From assembly GCA_964514575.1 (NCBI GenBank), contig CAZETJ010000002.1:1391-65390 (forward strand): 64,000 nucleotides of DNA. The letters run 5' to 3'. The notes under the pieces were generated by a model. The model saw only the letters and a program-made list of their open reading frames with translations. It did no database searches and was not told where the DNA came from. Positions within the stretch are counted from its first letter, which is position 1; every line of letters begins with the position of its first letter. The position numbers and the translations under genes are program-made. The stretch is from an uncultured Candidatus Saccharibacteria bacterium (GTDB lineage: Bacteria; Patescibacteriota; Saccharimonadia; Saccharimonadales; UBA10212). Shown piece by piece: positions 1 through 7,622 of the stretch.

Positions 1-75
1 AACGTCGCCGAATTTTATTTCGACAGGCTCTCGTGATACTTCAGGATTTGGCGGACCGGTTTCTTCATCACCCAT
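1..75 (-). CDS. First 25 codons of an ORF that runs off the left edge (MGDEETGPPNPEVSREPVEIKFGDV...)
   Basis: ATG at 75-73 on the minus strand. A TATACT box (87-82, minus sense) lies 6 nt upstream and there is no SD. Too short to name. Confidence 0.3.
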   Translation of the reverse strand, partial: MGDEETGPPNPEVSREPVEIKFGDV

Positions 76-108
76 ACCGAAAGTATACGCTTAGACACCT
101 AGACAGGG

Positions 109-130
109 AATACTTAACTAGTTAAGTATT
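109..130. repeat. Perfect 22-bp palindrome AATACTTAACTAGTTAAGTATT (motif family copy 1)
   Basis: Read directly and self-complementary. Intergenic, between the VIT gene stop and the next minus-strand start. Confidence 0.9.
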
Positions 131-140
131 TAATATGTTT

Positions 141-854
141 TTATATATTAGCGCCGACCAGGCGGCCAATACCATAGGTAATCAGCATAGCCAAAGCGCC
201 GCCTACGGCCACGCGTAGGACCGCGTGTTTAACGGGAGCTTTGCCGAACCGAGCGCTTATCGCGCCGGTTATCACCAGCGCTAGGATGACGCTGACGAAA
301 GTAATAGGAATACGACTGGCGGCAGGTGGAATCAAAATTGCCGCCATTGGTAAAACGGCGCCGCCCAGGTAGGCTGCCGCCGATGCAATGGCCGCTTGCC
401 AAGGGTTGGCCAAATCGTTCGGGTCGATGGCTAGCTCGGCATCCAGATGAGCGGCATAGGGATCTTTTTGAGACAGCTCTTTGGCAACTTCTTTCGCGGT
501 CTTGGCCGAAAGGCCTTTGGAGATATAAATCTGGGCCAGCTCGTCCAACTCCTCGTCAGGGTAATGGTCCAGCTCGAATTTTTCTTTTTTGATCATGGCC
601 CGCTCGGTATCGCGCTGACTGCTGACCGATACGTATTCGCCCGCGGCCATAGATAACATCCCGGCGACCAGACCGGCCAGCCCGGCGGTCAAAATCGGCG
701 TCCGGCTATTGGTAGCTCCGGCTACGCCAACAACCAACCCGGCAATAGAAACGATTCCGTCATCGGCGCCCAACACGGCGGCTCTCAGCCGGTTCAGTTG
801 CTTGGTCGAGTTTTTGTCGAGCGAATCGGTGTCTATGTTTTTAACATCTGTCAC
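141..854 (-). CDS. VIT1/CCC1-family Fe/Mn transporter
   Basis: 237 aa. Has LGADDGIVSIAGLVVGVAGA, a cytosolic helical insert (ELDHYPDEELDELAQIY) and C-terminal TM helices typical of the VIT family. Confidence 0.8.
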   Translation of the reverse strand: MTDVKNIDTDSLDKNSTKQLNRLRAAVLGADDGIVSIAGLVVGVAGATNSRTPILTAGLAGLVAGMLSMAAGEYVSVSSQRDTERAMIKKEKFELDHYPDEELDELAQIYISKGLSAKTAKEVAKELSQKDPYAAHLDAELAIDPNDLANPWQAAIASAAAYLGGAVLPMAAILIPPAASRIPITFVSVILALVITGAISARFGKAPVKHAVLRVAVGGALAMLITYGIGRLVGANI

Positions 855-896
855 ATCTGAATTATATCGCTTCGCGTCCAGAAAACCTTAAACGGC

Positions 897-1322
897 TTAG
901 TCTGGGTCCAGAAACTCTTCAAATTTCCGGACGGCGTTATCAAACTTCCGTTGATTGTAAACCACTGGCTTGGCAAACATATAGGCGTTAATAATTACGC
1001 CTTCGTGAGCGTCTGCCGGTCTCTTGACTATGTAGCCACCATTCTCTTTGACTATTTTTGAAAATTCCGACGGTCGAGGTTTCAAGGTATTCTCGTAAAG
1101 GGTCCAGTAGAAATGGGTGCCATCGACCTTTGCTTTAGGCGGCGCGGGTGCTTCTTCGCCGTCTAGCAAGAACAGTGGATGCGGCCAGACATCTCTTTCG
1201 TAGTGGTGGGTCGGGATGTCTGTAAAACCGGCGATTGAAACTCTGCCTAAATCAAGCGGTCGGGTATCGCCCGACTCTTCTAAGCGTAGTTCGGGGAACA
1301 GGCGAAAGGTCACCTCTTTCAT
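897..1322 (-). CDS. Hypothetical protein, 141 aa
   Basis: Clean ORF with the same compositional character as its neighbours. No motif recognised. Confidence 0.55.
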   Translation of the reverse strand: MKEVTFRLFPELRLEESGDTRPLDLGRVSIAGFTDIPTHHYERDVWPHPLFLLDGEEAPAPPKAKVDGTHFYWTLYENTLKPRPSEFSKIVKENGGYIVKRPADAHEGVIINAYMFAKPVVYNQRKFDNAVRKFEEFLDPD

Positions 1323-1406
1323 AAGCTAATCATGCGCTGGCTTATTCGGTCAGTGCAAGCATAAACGTTTCGGATTTGGGCGTACAATAAAAACAGGAGG
1401 ACACTA

Positions 1407-1586
1407 ATGAAAAAATGGAAAGAAAACAAAAGCCGCGGCGGCCCAATGCCCGGATACGGTCTAGGTATAATCGGCGCGGCCGTATATTACCTGCACACTA
1501 CGACAGGTCTATGGCCAAGCGTTACGGCTCTACTAAAAGCTTTGGTCTGGCCGGCATTCTTGGTCTATCATTTGCTCGGTTTGTAG
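1407..1586 (+). CDS. Small membrane protein, 59 aa (MKKWKENKSRGGPMPGYGLGIIGAAVYYLHTTTGLWPSVTALLKALVWPAFLVYHLLGL)
   Basis: AGGAGG at 1395-1400, 6 nt before the ATG at 1407. Two hydrophobic segments. Absent from the supplied track, where the out-of-frame arginine-rich ORF 1415..1606 is the likely artefact. Confidence 0.55.
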   Translation: MKKWKENKSRGGPMPGYGLGIIGAAVYYLHTTTGLWPSVTALLKALVWPAFLVYHLLGL

Positions 1587-1626
1587 TTTCAGCTTGCTTT
1601 CAGTAAGTAGGCTTAGAGTCTAGCTT

Positions 1627-3072
1627 ATGTCTGCCGTCAATCGCGGTATCCGCAACGCTTTCCGCAACCAAGTCCGCACGCTTTCGATTGTTTTAATTCT
1701 GGGTCTCTCCATTGGCCTGGCCTTGGTGATGTTGATAGCCCACCAAGCTGTCGGCCAAAAAATTAACCAGGTCAAAGCTAACGTTGGCAACACCATCAAT
1801 ATTTCTCCGGCCGGCTTTAACCCGCAGAGTTCGGCCAATAATGCCCTGACTACCGATCAGCTAGCCAAAGTCAAAAACGTTAACCATATTACTAGTCTGA
1901 CCGAAACTCTGACCGACAGGCTAACAACCATTGGCTCAAGCCAGCCATCGTTTTCTAATAACTCAAACGCCAGCAGCAATGCCCAAACCAGCCTGACGTC
2001 CCCAATCAAATTAAATAGTGATAGCGGCGGAGGTGGGCGATTCTTTATCTCGGGCGGTGACAGCAGTCTACCGACTAATTTTAGCCCGCCGATTACGATC
2101 CTGGGCACCAATAGCCCGACCCGGCTGAACTCTAGTATCGGTAACCCCGTAACCATAATCAGCGGTACGGTTATCGACGGATCGAAAGACACCAACGACG
2201 CTATGATTAGCAATGCTATGGCCGACAAAAACGGCCTTAAGGCGGGCTCAACTTTTACAGCCTACGGCCAAACGCTCACGGTAGCCGCTATTTATGGGAT
2301 TTCTGAAAACGGCACACAGGCCGGCAACGATACGGTTATTGTCAGTTTGCCGGCGCTACAGCGATTAAGCGGCCAGGGCAACGTGGTCAGTAGCGCTACA
2401 GCGGCAGTGGATTCAGCCGACAATTTAGCCACTGCCACCACTACCATAAAAACTGATCTGGGTTCGAGCGCCGACGTGCAAAGCGCGCAAGACGAAGCCA
2501 ACAATACTGTCCAGCCACTGAAGAACGTTCAGAGTATCTCGCTAATAAGTCTAATTGGCGCGCTGGTAGCTGCCGCTATAATCGTCTTTTTGACCATGGT
2601 CATGATTGTTCGTGAGCGCCGCCGCGAAATCGGCATCCTAAAAGCTATCGGCGCGTCAAATATGAAAGTCATGTTCCAGTTTATGAGCGAAGCGCTAACC
2701 TTGACGATTCTGGCGGCCGTCATCGGCCTGATTATCGGCGTGGTTGGCGGCAACCCAGTCACTAATACGTTGGTAACCAACAGCACCAATTCCTCATCAA
2801 CGACCGCATCAACTACCGCCGGCGGCGGCTTTGCGTCAAGATTCGCATCTGGCGGCAGTGGTTCAGTGACTTTCCGCCGGCCAACGGGCAGTCTGCTTAA
2901 CCGGACTGGCGGCGGCGTGAGTAACACTATCCGTAACATCCACGCCAATATCGGTTGGAGTCTCCTGGCTTACGGCTTAGGCGCGGCGCTTTTGGTGGCG
3001 ATCATCGGTAGTGCCGCCGCCTCGTGGCTGATTTCTAAAGTCCGCCCGGCGGAAGTAATGAGGGCTGAATAA
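1627..3072 (+). CDS. ABC transporter permease, FtsX/MacB-like
   Basis: 481 aa. N-terminal TM, large Ser/Thr/Asn-rich periplasmic domain and a C-terminal FtsX-type TM bundle (RERRREIGILKAIGAS). Coupled to the ATPase by an ATAATG overlap. Confidence 0.8.
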   Translation: MSAVNRGIRNAFRNQVRTLSIVLILGLSIGLALVMLIAHQAVGQKINQVKANVGNTINISPAGFNPQSSANNALTTDQLAKVKNVNHITSLTETLTDRLTTIGSSQPSFSNNSNASSNAQTSLTSPIKLNSDSGGGGRFFISGGDSSLPTNFSPPITILGTNSPTRLNSSIGNPVTIISGTVIDGSKDTNDAMISNAMADKNGLKAGSTFTAYGQTLTVAAIYGISENGTQAGNDTVIVSLPALQRLSGQGNVVSSATAAVDSADNLATATTTIKTDLGSSADVQSAQDEANNTVQPLKNVQSISLISLIGALVAAAIIVFLTMVMIVRERRREIGILKAIGASNMKVMFQFMSEALTLTILAAVIGLIIGVVGGNPVTNTLVTNSTNSSSTTASTTAGGGFASRFASGGSGSVTFRRPTGSLLNRTGGGVSNTIRNIHANIGWSLLAYGLGAALLVAIIGSAAASWLISKVRPAEVMRAE

Positions 3073-3740
3073 TGCTTAAAGTCAAAAACCTTTCTAAATC
3101 ATTTAAATCTGGCGACACCACCGTTCATGCCGTGGACGACGTATCATTCGAGGTTGGCGACGGAGCTTTTGCTTCAATTGTTGGCGCCAGCGGCAGTGGC
3201 AAGACGACCTTGCTGTCTCTACTCGGCGCGCTGGATAAACCGACCAGCGGTACCATTGAGGTCGCCGGCCAGAACATAACCGCTCTTTCCGACCATGACT
3301 TGATAAAATACCGAGCTCGTAGCATCGGCTTCGTTTTCCAAAGTTATAATCTAATTCCTAACTTATCAGCGATTGATAATGTCATGCTGTCCATGGAATT
3401 TGCCGGTACTCCAAAATCTGATCGTAGAACTCGGGCCGAGGAACTTCTAAATAAAGTCGGCCTAACTGATGACAAACAGCTACGCAAACCTGGCCGCCTG
3501 TCCGGTGGCGAGCAGCAGCGGGTGGCTATCGCGCGGGCTTTAGCTAATCAGCCCAAATTAATTTTGGCAGACGAGCCAACGGGGAATCTGGATTCCGAAA
3601 CCGGCAAGCTGATTTTCGACTTGCTGCACTATCTGGCCAAAAAAGAGAACACGACCATCATTGTCGTAACGCACGACTTATCAATTGCCGGCAAAACCGA
3701 CCGGCAATTCAAATTATCTGACGGAAAACTAACTAAATAG
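3072..3740 (+). CDS. ABC transporter ATP-binding protein (MacB/LolD-like)
   Basis: Walker A GASGSGKTT, signature LSGGEQQRV, Walker B LILADEPT. Confidence 0.95.
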   Translation: MLKVKNLSKSFKSGDTTVHAVDDVSFEVGDGAFASIVGASGSGKTTLLSLLGALDKPTSGTIEVAGQNITALSDHDLIKYRARSIGFVFQSYNLIPNLSAIDNVMLSMEFAGTPKSDRRTRAEELLNKVGLTDDKQLRKPGRLSGGEQQRVAIARALANQPKLILADEPTGNLDSETGKLIFDLLHYLAKKENTTIIVVTHDLSIAGKTDRQFKLSDGKLTK

Positions 3741-3742
3741 TT

Positions 3743-3862
3743 TTATTTGCTACGGCGAGCGTACCAGTTGCTGCCGGTGGCTCTTAAGAATTTGCCAAAG
3801 CCAAATAGAAAAACGCCAAGGCCGATGGGAGAGCCCCAGCCCAGTACTTGATTCCAATCCAT
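3743..3862 (-). CDS. Possible 39-aa membrane peptide (MDWNQVLGWGSPIGLGVFLFGFGKFLRATGSNWYARRSK)
   Basis: Read by hand on the minus strand. AAGGA lies 8 nt upstream. One hydrophobic helix. Below the track size cut-off. Confidence 0.3.
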   Translation of the reverse strand: MDWNQVLGWGSPIGLGVFLFGFGKFLRATGSNWYARRSK

Positions 3863-3931
3863 AGTGCTTATCCTTTCAACATAATTCTAACAGCCTGCGC
3901 GAGAGAAACTAGCGGACTTGGCGCAAAGTTA

Positions 3932-3937
3932 TATAAT
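3932..3937 (+). promoter_or_regulatory. -10 box TATAAT placed 7 nt before the ATG at 3945 (leaderless-type)
   Basis: TATAAT-tgaaagt-ATG with no SD. Confidence 0.4.
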
Positions 3938-3944
3938 TGAAAGT

Positions 3945-4475
3945 ATGAATAAAAAGTTCTGGTGGCTCACAGGTGCCGCTCTAGTCGGCATGTCCAGCAC
4001 GCTCTGGCAGATCATCGAGAAGGTCTCATTACTAAAAAATCCTAAGGTAGCACTTTCCTGCAATTTTAATAGCACCTTTAATTGCTCAGATGTACTTAAC
4101 GCCCATCAGTCTTCTATATTCGGCCCGCCCAATGCCGCGATTGGCTTGGCCGTCTTCAGCTTTTTCTTGGCGATAGGCATAGCTGGTTTGACCGGCTCTA
4201 AATTTGTTCGCAAATTTGCGCTAGCCATCCAAGGTTTGGCCTTATTTATGCTGGGATTCACATTGTGGTTTTTGTTCGAGAGTACCTACCGCATCCACGC
4301 CGTTTGTATCTTTTGCTTATTCATCGGCACATCGGTCTTGGTAATTAACGCCGTGATGCTGAGGCATAACTTTGGCGAACGAATAAAACGCTGGTCCATC
4401 CGCGGAGCTGATCTGTTTGGCTGGGCGCTGGTTTGGCTAATTGTAGCTTTTGCCATGCTCCTAAAATTTGCGTAG
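3945..4475 (+). CDS. Vitamin K epoxide reductase (VKOR)-family membrane protein
   Basis: Loop cysteine pair (SCNFNSTFNC) plus a CIFC redox motif in a TM helix, and 4-5 TM segments. I prefer the ATG at 3945 over the TTG at 3918. Confidence 0.7.
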   Translation: MNKKFWWLTGAALVGMSSTLWQIIEKVSLLKNPKVALSCNFNSTFNCSDVLNAHQSSIFGPPNAAIGLAVFSFFLAIGIAGLTGSKFVRKFALAIQGLALFMLGFTLWFLFESTYRIHAVCIFCLFIGTSVLVINAVMLRHNFGERIKRWSIRGADLFGWALVWLIVAFAMLLKFA

Positions 4476-4488
4476 ACTGAAGTCTAGT

Positions 4489-4830
4489 ATGGATTTTGAC
4501 GAGTATCAAAAAAAAGCCATTACGACTGATGTCTACGGTGGCAAGGGCGACATCCAATCAATCGCATTTTTAAATAAAGTTTTAGGCTTGGTCGGCGAGA
4601 CTGGCGAGGTGGCCGAGAAAGTCAAAAAGCTGCAGCGCAATCAGGCTGGTGAAATGAGTAAATCTGACAGGCAGGAGCTGCTCAAGGAGTTGGGCGATGT
4701 ACTTTGGTATTTGAGTGCATTAACTTTCTATCTCGGCGAATCGCTAGACAAGCTTGCTCAAAGCAACCTAAACAAACTTTTCGATCGTAAATCACGAGGC
4801 GTTATCAAATCCCAGGGCGACAACCGTTAA
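4489..4830 (+). CDS. MazG-like nucleotide pyrophosphohydrolase
   Basis: 113 aa. GLVGETGEVAEKVKK...ELGDVLWYL matches the EExxE/ExxD MazG helix motifs. Confidence 0.8.
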   Translation: MDFDEYQKKAITTDVYGGKGDIQSIAFLNKVLGLVGETGEVAEKVKKLQRNQAGEMSKSDRQELLKELGDVLWYLSALTFYLGESLDKLAQSNLNKLFDRKSRGVIKSQGDNR

Positions 4831-4850
4831 GTTTTATAAAAGTTGTGTGT

Positions 4851-4881
4851 GCCACCGGCCGGGAGTGTCCCGGCCGGTGGC
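4851..4881 (-). terminator. Perfect 14-bp GC-rich hairpin (GCCACCGGCCGGGA gtg TCCCGGCCGGTGGC)
   Basis: Lies 13 nt after the stop of the minus-strand high-GC ORF. Followed on that strand by ACACACAACTTTTATAAAAC. Confidence 0.8.
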
Positions 4882-4894
4882 TGTTGGCCGTCCG

Positions 4895-5473
4895 TCAGGT
4901 GAGCTTGATCGAGCTGAAGAACTTCGTGGCGAAGGCCGGCTTGGTCTTGCGTGGACCGGGGTAGTAGCCGGCGTGGATGTAGTAGACCTCGCCCCGGTGC
5001 CAGACCGTGTATCCGATGTAGCCGTACAGGTCGTTGAACTTCGCGGCCAGGTTGCCGTCGAACGTAGTTCGCGTCGGGTTCGTGACGCCGCCGTTGATGG
5101 CGGTTAGCGCCTGCCACGGATCCGAGTACTTGCTCTTGAACACGTCGATCGCATAGAACTCCTGCTGGCACCCGGAGGCGATTACTGCCTCGCACGGTTT
5201 GCCAGTCTTGACGTTGCGACCAACACCGGAGCTCCAGTCATCGGACTTCCTGGTCGCCGAAGTCGCGCCGTCGAAGACGCTGTGCCCGTAGCTGAACTTC
5301 ATTCCGGTGATGTACGGGAAGTCAGCGCAGAAGTGCGCCGTGCTGATGCAGTGGTGATGCCACGTCACTTGAGGTGACATGCTGTTCTTGAAGTTCGCGC
5401 TGGAGCTCGTCGCTGCGCTGATGAGCGCGATGACGGTCGCCAGGCAGGCAAACAAGCAGATGCGGCGGAGCAT
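4895..5473 (-). CDS. Secreted cysteine-containing protein, 192 aa, on high-GC island 1
   Basis: GGAGGGAG SD 5 nt before the ATG. Signal peptide MLRRICLFACLATVIALISAATSSSA. Strong G/C preference at third codon positions, unlike neighbouring genes. Family not recognised. Confidence 0.75.
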   Translation of the reverse strand: MLRRICLFACLATVIALISAATSSSANFKNSMSPQVTWHHHCISTAHFCADFPYITGMKFSYGHSVFDGATSATRKSDDWSSGVGRNVKTGKPCEAVIASGCQQEFYAIDVFKSKYSDPWQALTAINGGVTNPTRTTFDGNLAAKFNDLYGYIGYTVWHRGEVYYIHAGYYPGPRKTKPAFATKFFSSIKLT

Positions 5474-5581
5474 GTGACTCCCTCCCTCGGGGATAGTAGG
5501 TGCGAGTTTTCTGACGGAAAACCATTCCGAGCCGAAACTCGGTTGCGATATTATAACACTAAAGCTTATGTACGTCTATGC

Positions 5582-6268
5582 TCAAACGGTATGACGTGTC
5601 TCTTTGGTTGGAGAATTATCTAAAGATTGCCACAAGTACCAGCAGGCAACCGATTCGTAGGGATGCCACTTATTTTTATTAGCGATGGTGATGATCTGTT
5701 CAGGAGTCGGTAGCTTGCTTGTCCCGTTAGAAATTCCTTGACTAGTTAAGGAATTTTTTATGGGATAAAGTTTCTGGATGGCTTTGCGGATACCAAGATC
5801 GCCAACCGGCAAAACATCCAGCCGGCCGAGGCCGAACATCATAAACATGTGCGCGCTCCACTCGCCGATACCTTTGACGGCTGTCAATTGTTCTATTAAC
5901 TGGTCGTTAGGCATGGTGCTGATATGATCTAGGTCGAGTCGGCCGTCAATAATGTGCTGCGCCAAATCTTTCATGTAGCCGACTTTCGGCCAACTACAGC
6001 CGGCGTCGCGCAGTTTCTGACCGTCAATTCTGAGCAGCTGCTCAGGCGTGGGCATCTTGTCGTCAAACAGCGCCAAGACCCGGCGCCAAATGGTGCCGCC
6101 GGCTTTAGCCGACAACTGCTGGCCAACGATGGAACCGACCAGCTCGCCATAATAATCTTTGTGCGGTTTCAGGCGGCACGGTCCGCTGGATTTTATTACC
6201 GGCGCTAATTTTTTATCAACCTTAACTAAGTAAACTTCGGCGGCTCGCAGTTTTTGGGCAAATGTCAT
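5582..6268 (-). CDS. HhH-GPD DNA glycosylase (AlkA / 3-methyladenine glycosylase II-like)
   Basis: LTAVKGIGEWSAHMFMMFGLGRLDVLPVGDLGIRKA is the helix-hairpin-helix plus catalytic Asp region. Start trimmed to MTFAQKL (6268). Confidence 0.8.
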   Translation of the reverse strand: MTFAQKLRAAEVYLVKVDKKLAPVIKSSGPCRLKPHKDYYGELVGSIVGQQLSAKAGGTIWRRVLALFDDKMPTPEQLLRIDGQKLRDAGCSWPKVGYMKDLAQHIIDGRLDLDHISTMPNDQLIEQLTAVKGIGEWSAHMFMMFGLGRLDVLPVGDLGIRKAIQKLYPIKNSLTSQGISNGTSKLPTPEQIITIANKNKWHPYESVACWYLWQSLDNSPTKETRHTV

Positions 6269-6360
6269 GAATTTATTAAAACATCGCCCTTTGTTTTGTC
6301 TAAATGCTTGTGCTAAACTATGATCAAATCTAAGAGGTAAACAAAAAGGGGTAAACAAAG

Positions 6361-6870
6361 ATGAATCCAAATTCTGTCGCTGCGCCAAGGCCCGGTTTAA
6401 TGCATGACATCATGCCGCCGTATGCCAAGGCTTTTAATAAAACAATGACGGCTAAGGCTGACACACTGCCTCAGCAACCGGCTGCACCGAGCATACCGGT
6501 TACTGAACCAGAGCCAACTCCAAATCCCGTTCCGGCGCCTCCAGTCCCAGCTGAGCCGGTTGCGCCGCCCCAAGAGCCGACTACCTCGATGTCTGCTGAG
6601 TCTATTCCGGTCCAGCAGCAGTCTGCTAGCTCGCCAGCCGTTCAGCCAATGTTCCCAACCGAAACCGCTTCGGTCCCGATGCCAGCGGTTCAAAATGAAG
6701 CACCAGCGCAAGTTGCCGACAACCATGTTTCTCAACCAGCTGCTGCTAAGGCCGCGCATGCGCCGCGTGGGTCTAAAACCAACTGGCTGGTTATTAGTCT
6801 GGCCGTGATTGTCGCGCTAGGCCTGGCAGCCGCCGCTTATTTTGCTCTTAAATCTTCTAGCCAGCTCTAA
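6361..6870 (+). CDS. Pro/Ala-rich protein with a C-terminal TM anchor, 169 aa
   Basis: AAGGGG SD. Low-complexity PxP repeats followed by WLVISLAVIVALGLAAAAYFAL. Confidence 0.55.
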   Translation: MNPNSVAAPRPGLMHDIMPPYAKAFNKTMTAKADTLPQQPAAPSIPVTEPEPTPNPVPAPPVPAEPVAPPQEPTTSMSAESIPVQQQSASSPAVQPMFPTETASVPMPAVQNEAPAQVADNHVSQPAAAKAAHAPRGSKTNWLVISLAVIVALGLAAAAYFALKSSSQL

Positions 6871-7622
6871 TTGATATCAAATTCCAGGACCAAGGCTTTA
6901 TGGTCGGACACGAGCTCGTTTGAAGCGGTGAAGCTTTTGACTTCTATTTCTTTGCTAACAAAAATATAATCGCAAACCTCTATCTTCCGCGTCAGTTGGG
7001 TGCGCGTTGTCCTCAATTCGTACTTTATAGATAGATTCTCTAAGTGATTATTGATCTGCTCAAGAGATTTACTATCTGGCGTAAGGTTAAAATCACCAGT
7101 CAGAATAATTGGTCCACTGAGCCTCTTAATATATTCAGTGATTTGTTTCATCTGCCGCAGGGTACCAGCATCCCCGTTCTTATGTTCCGGGATGTGATGT
7201 CCGTGGTGGTTTAAAACATGCAGAGACTGCCCATTTAAAGACACCTGGACATGCTGAAGATTTCTGACATTATAATCATCGATATCAAAATCGAAGCCAC
7301 TTTTATGGGCTTTGTTGGTAAATATAGTTTCTTGTTTTTCGAAGGGTAGGGTTGAAATGATGGCATTCCCGAAATGAGCCTCCTTAGTCATAAATTTGAA
7401 AGAGAACATAGCCGAATGAAAAAGATAAGTTGGCTTTTGCCAGCAAGCCTGCAAGCCCTCTATTGACTTAAAAATTGCTCCGTTGCCATTGATACTAATC
7501 GCTTCTTGAAAGCAGGCAATGTCCGGTTGCTGATCGGAAAAAAAGAACATCAGTGGATTCTCTAGCCGGCCGCCATAGATATTTGCTTGAACTAGCTTCA
7601 CGCAAACCTTCCGCGTAGCCAC
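6867..7622 (-). CDS. Endonuclease/exonuclease/phosphatase (EEP) family protein
   Basis: CFQEA, LTGDFN and VSDHKALV motifs. Confidence 0.8.
   Translation of the reverse strand: MATRKVCVKLVQANIYGGRLENPLMFFFSDQQPDIACFQEAISINGNGAIFKSIEGLQACWQKPTYLFHSAMFSFKFMTKEAHFGNAIISTLPFEKQETIFTNKAHKSGFDFDIDDYNVRNLQHVQVSLNGQSLHVLNHHGHHIPEHKNGDAGTLRQMKQITEYIKRLSGPIILTGDFNLTPDSKSLEQINNHLENLSIKYELRTTRTQLTRKIEVCDYIFVSKEIEVKSFTASNELVSDHKALVLEFDIN

Noticed and set aside
1415-1606. 63-aa Arg-rich ORF
   Set aside because: It is out of frame with the SD-preceded hydrophobic ORF 1407..1586, which explains the region better.
4827-5525. Alternative-frame ORFs on island 1 (4827..5195, 4847..5107, 5322..5525)
   Set aside because: High G+C suppresses stop codons in all frames. 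Only 4895..5473 has an SD, a signal peptide and a terminator.
5582-6388. N-terminal extensions of several track ORFs (e.g. 5582..6388, 43268..43945, 10696..11508, 16117.., 34848.., 50947.., 54775.., 59184..59777, 60831..62396)
   Set aside because: The extensions overlap neighbouring genes, tRNAs or the MITE-like elements, and they precede the conserved family N-termini. I chose the internal starts instead.
6397-6808. ORFs overlapping the Pro-rich gene (120 aa minus strand, 82 aa plus strand)
   Set aside because: They are Arg/Trp-rich frames of a low-complexity GC-rich repeat region.
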